This document shows positions 24,701 to 34,704 of a stretch of DNA of 64,000 nucleotides, in pieces. The notes under the pieces are model-generated. The model did no database searches. It was not told where the DNA came from and saw only the letters and a program-made list of their open reading frames with translations. Source of the DNA: Paragordius varius. Taxonomy: Eukaryota > Animalia > Nematomorpha. Positions within the stretch are counted from its first letter, which is position 1, and the number at the start of each line of letters is the position of its first letter. The translations under genes were made by a program, and so were the position numbers. The stretch covers positions 4,402,001-4,466,000 of the forward strand of contig OZ176055.1 in NCBI GenBank assembly GCA_964247055.1, given 5' to 3'.

Positions 24701-26364
24701 TTTCCTTTTTAAACGTTGTAAAACAAAATAAAATGGAGTAATTTAAACACATTATTAAGGAAATCTTATTTACTGGCTATTAAGATTCAAGTATAATTAT
24801 TTAAAATTTTTATACACCAAAAACAGCTAACAAAGCGAAGGAAAATAGATATGATACTCGTGTCAAGCATATGGTCATAAAATATAAAGAACTAATCAAT
24901 ACCTTTAATTTATTATTTGATGTAATGAACAAAATAATATTTGTAAGAAATGTCCAAAAAAAGAATAAAAAACAGGGGCATTTTATGGATAGTGTATATA
25001 AAACTTGAGGACAATCTTGGTAAGTGTAAAATATGCACATTTGGTTTATTAAAATGCGAGAATTTTTTTTAAAAATTTTAGTGAAACATAATTTTCCAGA
25101 TTTCATATAAAAATTATGTGGTAATAATTAGGTAAATAACATAAGCGTATGGTTAATAATCGATTATGTTACGATAAAATGGAGAAGTATGATGAAATCA
25201 TGTATAAATTAATAAATAATTTACTTAAGGGATTCATAAATATATGCTAAGTAAAATAACACTAGACAAAAAATTCCCTCAAGTTTTCTGCATTTTCTGA
25301 TATTTACTATCCTTTTATGAGTATATCTGAAATAAAAATTATAATTCCACCTAAGAATTTTGTAAAATATGATATTTGTGAATATGCACCCTCTTTATCA
25401 AAATTTTTCTAAAAAATGGTTTTCTTTGAAAACATACAATAAATGCCCATTTGTAATATATCATTCGAAAGAGTAATGAGAACTTTATAAAATGCATACA
25501 ATTATGTTTTACATCGATTGTTAATATTGGACATAGGAAGCGCGACAAATCCGCGAAACGAGAGCGTTCCTTTTAAGGATAAAAATAGCTCAAACTCCGT
25601 CTAGATGGTACAATGAAAGTCCAAAAAAGAAACAAAAGAAAGTTGTTTGATTAAAAAATTATTTATTGCTTTTATGTCATTCAAACAGTTATTTTTAAGT
25701 TTTTTGTTTTTTAAAAGTTACCATCTCATCTAATTTATATACTTTAGAAAACTTATAATTTCGAAATTTCAACGACTTAAAACAAAGTTTAAGGTCTTTT
25801 TTTAGTTTTTTAGGATTATGTAATAAATTTACAGTTATAACTATGCATTTCAGCATCCACTAGGTAAAATCATTTTGATAATGATAATCGTCATTGAAAA
25901 GGAGGACCAAAAGCTTTTTCAAATATTTTTTTTTAATTTTTACTAATCTAACCCTAATAATTATATAAAATAATTTATATGATTTTTAAATTGGTTTGTC
26001 TGTGAAATTCTTTGACTTATTTAAGGGTTGAATTTTGACAATATAAACCCAAATAACTTTTAAATCAGATTGATTTAAATGACTAACTACCATAGATACA
26101 CTTCGCGCTCGAATGATATAAAATACATGGCTCTATGTTAATTTTAAAAATTACGAGTTTAATGTTAAATCGGGGCCAATTAACGATAAAACCTTATAAA
26201 AAAAATTTAGATTTTAGACCAATTAATTTTTCAGATATACTATTCATGTATTTTAATGTTATAAACTTTAAATTTGCAAGAATGTTAAAAAAAGTCATTA
26301 TTATCTAGTGTAATGAATTGTATTGAAATTTTTTTATAAGTATTACTATGCTATATTGCTAAAT

Positions 26365-26403
<39 letters not shown>

Positions 26404-29400
26404 CAAAATTGAGAGAATACGCCTTATGTGTTAATTTATTTAAAATTAAGCTAAAATGCGTATTATAAATATATAATTTTTAATATTTATTATTAAAAAG
26501 CCAGTACACAACAATCTTGATGGTACTGGTTTTTCCATCAATATTACCAATATCACACTATATATATCATATTATTTCGTTATAATTCATTTTATCAAGA
26601 ATTTTCTTCAATAAAAGTCGAAAATTAAATTATTTTTATTTATTATTATTATGCATTCTAGCTTAGTTTTAAATAATTTACATAATATATATAATACCTT
26701 TTTATTAAAATTAGGCTTTTTACTTTATTCGGTAATTTTTTAAAACTATATTATAAAATTTTGAAAACTGGGTATCGTTAATATATATAAAAATTGATGA
26801 ATTGAACATTATAATTGAGCTAATTACATAATATTTTTATACATTCTTATTGAGTGCAAACCATTGCATTAACATTTGTATATATTTTAAAATCATTTTA
26901 GTATTTTATATGCATATTTTAATCATACTTCTCTATTTTATCGTATTATACTCTATTGTTAACCATACGGTTCTGTTATTTATCTAATTAGTACCATGAA
27001 AAGATTCATAATTTTTATCAGAAATCTGGGAAATTATGTGTCACTAATATTTTTAAACTTTCCATAGCTATATTAGAAACCAAATGCGCACATTTTATTT
27101 ACATTGATTGTTCCCAAGTTTTGTATATACATATCCATATCATCTCCCTGTTTTTTAAAAAATACGAATTTTTAATTCTTTTTTGGACTAACATTGTTTT
27201 ATGCAATACGCTACTATATATATATATATATATATAAAGAAAAACAAACTAGGATCATTGATTGTAAGGTTTGGTAAAGCATTATCATTCCATGCTGAAA
27301 TACACCATATACTCGGGTCAGCTTTCAGGATTGGATATGTTGCAAGAAAGTAGTCAAAAAAATCAGGAGATATATCAAAATCATCTAGATATAAAATATA
27401 AAAATAATTATGCATAAATAAATTCATTCATTTAAGTCAAAGGTTAAGAAGTGATTTTAGTTGCTAAATAAAAAAGGAGGGATTGGAAACCCGTTTTTAG
27501 GACCAGTAAAATAAATTATTTTACATAATTTGGAGTAATTGCAAATAAATAAAAAATACGGTTTCAAAACTCTATTGACTTTTATGATTCTTTGGCTTCA
27601 TTTTCTTAATTTTAATTAGTTTAATTGGATACTTCAATAACTTATTAAAAGAAATTAACCAATTCCCATTTTTATGCACAGTGGTCAATACAATGTATTC
27701 TTGATAATTTAAAAAACATAAAGCAATTTCGGTTTTGGTAAACACTAATAAAAGATTTACTATTTACCTTCAACAATAATTACGGCATCGTGCCTTTTGA
27801 GATCAAGTATGTAATTGAGTCCAAACTTATAATGAGCCGCTATTTTGTAATAACCCCACATAGATTGAGATATTTCAGTATATGGATCATATTTTTGAGG
27901 TGTGTGCTAAAATTTACATTTGTAAATAATTATAATTTTACCTGTTAACAATTAGAATTATAACGATAAAAACTCAAGGACAAATATTTTTTTAATATGA
28001 GACAACCATATTTCTTAAACCTAAATTTGTTTTATTAACTTATCGTTTTGGGTTCCAAAATACGGCTTTGAGATGTAAATTCATAATTTTATTTTAAAAA
28101 TGTAATTATATTTATGTAGAAGAAATGAGGTTAAAGTATAGCTCTCATAAAAACGTTTTTTAGAGATTACGTTTTGTCTTTATAATATTAATATTTACTG
28201 TTAATGATATGATATTTTTTAACAAAAAGTAGTTAAATAATAATATTTACCTTTAAAATGTTTACAACGTTTTTGTAGGGTTTTAAAATGCGTTCCAAAT
28301 CAGCATCAGGACACCCCAAGCTTATATAAATAGGAAAGCGTTTGGTAGACGGCCTTAGCCTATATGGGAGAATATAAGTTATCATGAAATAATTTTAAAC
28401 ATAAAATTAAATGAAAAGAAAATAAAGCGAATAAAAATTTTTTTATGGAAAGTTTTTATATTGATAAAAAACAGAAAGTAACGAACACAAAAAAGGAAAA
28501 CAATTTAATAATATCACCAATTAATTACTAATAATATTACAAATATGTTTTTTAGTGTCATTTCTAATTTAGTTTTTGCTTTTATATTTTTGTTTTATTT
28601 TACTTTTGAGAGAGATTATGTAGTACACGAAAGTTGATGTTCTAAATAAGTTTTATTCTTGCTGAATTTAAATAATATCAAATAATATAATATAAACAAA
28701 ATATGCAAATAATGCTATCATTTTTTTTAAGGATTAATTTTATAAACTATATTAGGATATTTTATTCCCAAGCTTTCAAGCGCCCAAAACAAATGGCTTC
28801 GCGGGCAGGATATGTGTCTCAAAAAACCGACGGGCCGCATTCGAAAAAGGATATAAACACAAAAAACCGAAAGAATCTATAAAATCCAAAAATAATTGGT
28901 TTAAAAAAATTAATTTATCCCTTTACCGGACAATCAATTGTGTTGAGAAAACGATCGAAACCATAAATATAATTTTTCTGATCAAATCAATACATGAACA
29001 GACAAAAAAAATTTTCATGGGAAAAACAATATTAATTTTAGTATTCAATTTCCATAATACAATATTTTTGCAAACTATATATCTTAATTTTGTTTATTGC
29101 AAATTTTTGCAGAGAGCCAGAAAATATATTTTTTGATATTTTTATAGTGATTTAACCAAAAGATGTAAATAATATTGGGCGAAAAGTTTGATGTCAGAAT
29201 TTTTACTATCACACATTTATGATTTTTTTAAAAAATTGATGCCCCTATAAGGCCATAGAAAGCATATTTTAAATTTTGGCTTAATATCATATTTATAAGT
29301 CATTTATATTTGTGGGGACCAAAACTACAAAGATAATGAAGTGTTGGGTGATGTTATGCATTTTTTATATGAAATTGGGAGACTTCTGTAAAATTTAAAC

Positions 29401-30835
29401 AGGTAATAGTTGCACAATTTAATTTAAATCAAAAGTTTTACATATATATATATATATATATAACATTTGCCTAAAAAATTTATAATATTTTACTCATTGA
29501 TATTTATAAAAAGCACCTTACCCAACTTTTTTGATACAATTTTCGAATATTATCCATAGCTATCGCTTTACAGATATTATATATTTTTAAGCCTCTAATT
29601 TATAAAATTTACTAACAATAATGACAAAATAGTTAAATTCATCATAATTTTGTATTAAATTCGTGTCGATATCAAAGTTCATGCCTTAAGTTAAACCTTT
29701 AAAATAATAAAAAAAATAATTAAGATTTATTTATATCATGCTTTACTGAATACAAATTATTTCACATGTCCTTTGATATTTGGGGACAGTGACAACCTCG
29801 GACCTGTTAAAATCAAATTTATAAAATATGGATATATTAAAAATACATTTCTTAAGTTTGCACATATATAGCATGGATGCACCAAAATAAAAAAATCACC
29901 CAAAATGACTTGATGTTTTTTATGATTTGACTTAAAGGCACAAACCTTTAAGAATTAAATGAGTGCAAGAGCTAAAATAAAAAATAGCGCTAATCCGGCT
30001 TTTAGTATTTTTTATATAAGGTGTTTATAAAAAATAAAATCAAATTTTTTAAAAAAAATTAGGTTCAAAAAAATTTAAGCGTTAAAATAGTAATATGTAA
30101 CTTTTTGCCCAAAACAAAATTATCTTTTTAGTTATTCTGAATAGAGGTATAAATATATTATAAGACCGCTCGTTTAAGTAGTTTTTAAATAATTGTTTTA
30201 GAGTTAATCTGGGGTATCCATTTACCCCAATTTGATCCAAAGTTTAAATGATATAATTTATTTTTAATTTACATAAATTTTAAAATTCGTTATAGCGTGG
30301 GGTATAAAAACACCAATGTATGCATCAAAGACCATAGGTAAAGATTTTTATTATATTTTACGAAAATTGAGGCATCGAAAGTCGTTAAAGCTTCATACAA
30401 TAAGGACGGCCTGATATAATATAATGTATAACTTACAGTAAATGCTTTTTTCTTTGATTTAATGGGTTATAATTACATTAATTAAAATTATTCGCAACCT
30501 TATTAGTTGTGACAATGTCCTTAAAATGGTTTCACGGTCGCACGCGAATATTAGAATCGGCAATATTTCAGGTACAGCAGGTAAAAACGTGATTTTATCA
30601 TTTAATGAAGAGGAAAAATTTATTCGCAATATCTCATTTTTTATTTTGGCCTGTAAATCCAATTGTATGTTTATTTCTTGCGAAAGTTTTTCATATACAC
30701 TTGGCTAATAAATTAAATATTGATTACCAAAATTGGGTTAATTTCAACTGGCAGCGTCACAAAACGAATATAAAATAAATATAAAGTTAAAATTAGCAGA
30801 ATCCAAATGAAAGCCACCTTTCGCGCATACTGCAT
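21735..30835 (-). CDS. MGAT1: Alpha-1,3-mannosyl-glycoprotein 2-beta-N-acetylglucosaminyltransferase (GnT-I, GT13), 9 exons
   Basis: Exons 30835-30728, 30704-30499, 28359-28251, 27906-27768, 27384-27250, 23337-23091, 22677-22590, 22535-22278 and 21821-21735, with all phases consistent. N-terminal type II membrane anchor; motifs [85 protein letters not shown] and [10 protein letters not shown]. Confidence 0.93.
23464..24579. mobile_element. Non-autonomous Tc1/mariner-like element, copy 2, in MGAT1 intron 5
   Basis: Left end TA|CACTGCTCAACAA and right end TTGTCGACTAGTG, with inverted GCACCACCCC subterminal motifs. Confidence 0.65.
25581..26320 (+). repeat. Old dispersed repeat, copy 2 (empty site), in MGAT1 intron 5
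   Basis: Colinear with 898-1333 plus 1884-2210, with a single TTAA at 26021-26024. Confidence 0.8.
26366..26400. repeat. (AT)n microsatellite; others at about 27214-27237, 29441-29461 and 58515-58545, and (GT)n at about 35119-35147
   Basis: Visible directly in the sequence. Confidence 0.9.
30705..30727 (-). other. 23-nt GT-AG micro-intron (MGAT1 intron 1)
   Basis: GTAATCAATATTTAATTTATTAG. Its removal is required to put the membrane-anchor exon ([21 protein letters not shown]...) in frame with the stem and catalytic exon. Confidence 0.85.
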
Positions 30836-30912
30836 ATCAAATATTGCCACCTGGGCAAACTCATATGGACCTGAATGTATTAATTAAATGTGTTTATTAA
30901 AGTTTTTTTGCT
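30836..30912. promoter_or_regulatory. 77-bp bidirectional promoter between MGAT1 and PTPMT1
   Basis: Divergent ATGs at 30835 (-) and 30913 (+). Contains the palindrome TTGCC-acctg-GGCAA (30844-30858). Function is inferred from position only. Confidence 0.6.
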
Positions 30913-31495
30913 ATGCTCCAAAAAATTTTATTCTATCCTACCTTATATTACAATGTTTTAATGGAAAAAATGAGCAACCGTCGATGGTTTGACCGGATTG
31001 ATGATTATATTGTTTTGGGAGCTTTACCATTTAAAAAACAATTAGGAGAATTATTGCGCTTAGATATTGGTGGAGTTATATCTATGAATGAATCATTTGA
31101 GTTAAAATCGTTTGTAGCCAAAAAGGAGGTACAATTTAATATAATCAAAAGTAGGATTGGAACAAAAATGATGTTAAATACCTAAACCTCCCGACAAGCG
31201 ATTTTATTGGTTCTCTCTCTTTACCACAAATATTACAGGGCTTGTCTTTTATCGAGAAAATAAAGCAATCATCAAAATCTGTTTATATCCATTGCAAAGC
31301 CGGAAGAAGTCGAAGCGCAACTTTAGTTGCATGCTACCTTATAAAAGTAAATTTTACATTTAATTTTAGACTTATCAATATGACCCATTCCAAGCCATTA
31401 AATTTATTAAGAATAAACGGCCCCACATACGAATTAATAAACGCAATATAGATTCTATAAATATGTATTATACAAATTATAAATCAATAAAATGA
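30913..31495 (+). CDS. PTPMT1: Mitochondrial phosphatidylglycerophosphatase / protein-tyrosine phosphatase 1, 3 exons
   Basis: Exons 30913-31128, 31155-31346 and 31370-31495. Motifs LFYPTLYYNV, RRWFDRID, VLGALPF, GVISMNE, the active site VYIHCKAGRSRSAT and KRPHIRI. Confidence 0.93.
31129..31154 (+). other. 26-nt GT-AG micro-intron (PTPMT1 intron 1)
   Basis: GTACAATTTAATATAATCAAAAGTAG. Retention shifts the frame; splicing gives KKE|DWNKNDVKYLNLPTSDF, matching the family pattern E-W-x4-V-x2-L-x-L-x-T-x-D. Confidence 0.9.
31347..31369 (+). other. 23-nt GT-AG micro-intron (PTPMT1 intron 2)
   Basis: GTAAATTTTACATTTAATTTTAG. Retention shifts the frame; splicing gives CYLIK|TYQYDPFQAIKFIKNKRPHI, the expected phosphatase C-terminal helix. 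Confidence 0.9.
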
Positions 31496-31822
31496 GATCT
31501 TTGTTGCATTACTGCTTTTTCATAATATTTAATATTCATTCCATCAATGCAATGTATCCATTTGGCCATAAAAATATCGCTTGATCTATCATATTCCCCT
31601 CCAACACAATATAGAGAATTGACTAGTAAATCTATTATTGAAACATATTTAGTATCTACAATCAGTTCGCAGTGGTGATTGGTGGTCCCTTTCATGACAC
31701 ATTTGTTTGGATATTCAATCTGTTTTATTCTGTAAAATTAATTGCTACTTTAACCTTCCTATAATAATGATAGATGCATCGGTTAAATTTTGATAAATAT
31801 CTTTCTCTTGCGCAAAGTACAT
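31477..31822 (-). CDS. TEN1: Probable CST complex subunit TEN1 (small OB fold, about 106 aa), 2 exons; start codon uncertain
   Basis: Exons 31822-31755 and 31729-31477. The protein IIIIGRIK...LIVDTKYV...VNSLYCVGGE...FMAKWIHCIDGMNIKYYEKAVMQQR resembles human TEN1 as recalled (TFGRL...VLVCTKLV...VGSLYIVLGE...KARVLTCVEGMNLPLLEQAIREQR). Confidence 0.75.
31730..31754 (-). other. 25-nt GT-AG micro-intron (TEN1)
   Basis: GTTAAAGTAGCAATTAATTTTACAG. Phase-2 removal restores the G-R of the first OB-fold strand. Confidence 0.78.
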
Positions 31823-32967
31823 GAGTGAATGAATTTTCCATAACAATGTACTCTCCCACTCGATTCCGACTCAAACCAAATAGCGCCTTTTTAACATTTT
31901 TTATCTATTTTTTGTAAATGATTATGTTTTCGGATAGTTTTTATACCACAGCTTAAACTTGTAAATAAACTACTCCAGTCGATATTCACTAAACTTAAGG
32001 GACGAATAGGATTTTTTATCCTTAGGCCAGAGCGCCTTAAAATACCGGAAAATCTTGTATTGTTTGACAGCAAATATTTATACTTCAAATAGGATATAAA
32101 AAAATAAATTATTTACGGATGGGCCGCCAAGCCCATCGAACTATTTTGAAAGTTGTTTTGGTTAAAAAAATTATTATACATTGATGTATTAATCAAAAGG
32201 CTTCTATTCTTTATCTTCTGGAATCCGAAACCCACGTATATTAATCGATTATATTAAAAATTTACAATATAATTTGAGCGAAATGGCGGAGAAAAGTTTG
32301 TAGTGAAGAATTTTCATTTTCAATCTTTTTGAATCCTGCGCCTAAAAGCCTATGAAGTGTTAGTACCGTTTTTTTCTTTCTCTTTCACATTATTCATCCA
32401 TTGTCTAGAAAATTATTTGGTCGCTTTTTTTAGTTTTAACAGAAAATATTTCTTTTTATTTCAAATTCATAAATATTTTAATTTTTATCATCGAATCATA
32501 TTGAACACTAAAATCTTGAATTAACTGATAATTAAGAGAGGATTTAAAATTATTAGTGCTCTCATATACTTGTCGCGGCAAGTTTTCTTTCATAGTTAAT
32601 ATTTTTTGACCATTCAAGACATTTACGTTCCTAGAAGGACGGTAAAAGTGAAGTTTTTTGTTATAACGAGATTATATCTTATATGGTAAGGTATTTATTT
32701 ATTAAGTATTTATAAATAGGCCAACCTGCACAGTTTTTTGGTGGTTTAACTTATTATTGGCCCAAAATATTTCTTACGTAATGCCTTTTATTCTTTTATC
32801 TACCTTAAAAGGTAGGCTCACTGGCCTACCGAGCATTTACGGCTCTCAGAACATAAAACTCTTATGGTAACCCCCTTTTTGAGCCAAAAACAATTTTTTA
32901 AAAATATACAAACGTCGCAAACTAAACATCATAGATAAAACCGACTTGTACAGTCATATATATTTTT

Positions 32968-33232
32968 TGTTGCTAAGGTCGATTCCGACTAAATGTAACA
33001 TTGAAAATGTAACTTCTCTATTCATTGTGAACACAAGATCTGGCAGATATTGTTTGGTTGGTGTCTTTGAGGATGTTATCCATCCAACAAGTTGGTCTTC
33101 TTCCTCTTTTACGAGCACCATCATTCACTTTTCCCAGCATCAGTGACTTTTCAAGTGAGTTAGATCTCATAATGTGACCAAAAAAGGATATTTTTTTCCG
33201 TATTAGGCTTCCCAGTAGTGGCATTTCCGGAT
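32968..33232 (-). mobile_element. 3' fragment of an RTE LINE, family 2
   Basis: FFGHIMRSNSLEKSLMLGKVNDGARKRGRRPTCWMD; close match to 60628-60897. Confidence 0.85.
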
Positions 33233-33549
33233 TATATAAATTAAATTTATTCATATCCAAATACACACATTTAAAATTATAATAATAAGGAAATATTTGT
33301 ATCAAAATAAAACACATTGATTTTCGTTGCATACATTGAATCGATCTTGTGATAATGGCAAACAATAACAATGATTTAAAATTAATCGTAAATCTAGGCG
33401 AATTTCCAAAACAGATCCTAACTGGAATTTTAAATATTATGACAATTTACGTTGTGCAGTTTTTTGAATCCCTAAAATAGTTATATCAATGAGATTCCAT
33501 TGAGAGTGTCAGAATACAAGGATACAATTAGATCCTATGTAAAAAATGC

Positions 33550-33745
33550 GTATCCAATACTACGGCCATATCATGCCGCTGAATGACGGAGCTTGTGCCA
33601 AAGATATATTGGAGCAACGCTTCGACGCCCAAATCGACGGGGACGCCCACGCCTTACTTGGTTAAATCTTGTCCATCAAGATCTAACTTCATTATCCTTA
33701 CAACCTGAGGACGTTTATGACAAAGATTTGTGCTAGCATTCAGGG
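33550..33745 (+). mobile_element. 3' fragment of an RTE-like LINE, family 3
   Basis: RIQYYGHIM, then after a frameshift RRGRPRLTWLNLVHQDL, typical of an RTE ORF C-terminus. Confidence 0.65.
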
Positions 33746-34128
33746 TACCTTTACCACGTTCAGAAGAAAATATGCCAATGATGAATGAAATTCTGCTACT
33801 TGGAAAGAGGCAAAAATAAGATTTAATAAAACAATTAATTCAGCTCTAGAAGCTCATATATTATTGAAAAAGATCGATGGCGAATTATTTTACATCGATT
33901 TTGAAGATAGTTGAAACTTTGACCTACCTTAATGTGACCAGATATTTAGAACCTTGGCGCAGTACATTAAAACATACTTTGCCTATTTTTTAACCGGATT
34001 TTTGGCGTTTTATATTAAATGATATTGTTCGTTATTTATAAGTTCATTAGTAACGATTAAAATATCCATCAATATTATTAAAAATTTAATATAAATGCAT
34101 ATGTTATATATATGGATACATAATAATA

Positions 34129-34704
34129 CTAGTGTAAATCTCGTGCTGCTACGCAGCCTGAGGAAGTTCTTCGGATTGGTGGGGCCATTTGAAAAAAGGG
34201 ACAATAAAATGATCCACATATTTGGATTATTTCGAAACATTACCTATTAGCTATGATCTCATATGAACAAAATGATGCATTCATACTAATATATAGTTTA
34301 CTTGGGCGAAAAATAGATTCAAACAATTGCTTTTGAATTTTTTTGGAAGAATGGCATTTTACGGGAGGAGCGGGTAAAAAGAGGGCCTTAATTAAAAAAG
34401 CGAGACGACTATGTTCGGCGCAATCGAATATAAGTAAAAAAAAATCATATTTGAAATTGAACAGTCCAACACGTTTTCCAGAAAATTCTCTCAAAGACAC
34501 CATTTTTGTGGACTTCTGTTTTCAATAAAACCGTTTTTTACACGGGGTAGGCCCGAACTGGGGGCCTAATTCAAAAAAGGGCGAAGATATTGTCGGGGCA
34601 TTCATTAATGATTATATTTTTCGACATTTGGATTTGAATGTATCTACCGGTTTCCCGGAAATAGATCACCAAGCCACTACTTTCCATTTTTATAAATATA
34701 TAGA
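34129..34704 (-). mobile_element. Non-autonomous Helitron, copy A
   Basis: Minus strand begins A|TC and ends CTAG|T, with a GCTGC-gta-GCAGC hairpin about 12 nt before the 3' CTAG. No target duplication. Confidence 0.75.

Noticed and set aside
23015-27427. POMGNT1 instead of MGAT1
   Set aside because: The short stem with no long lectin-like region, and the YYKIAAHY and [11 protein letters not shown] motifs, fit GnT-I better.
31891-32088. 65-aa ORF upstream of TEN1 as its first exon
   Set aside because: I found no phase-compatible junction that avoids the in-frame TGA, and no recognisable motif.
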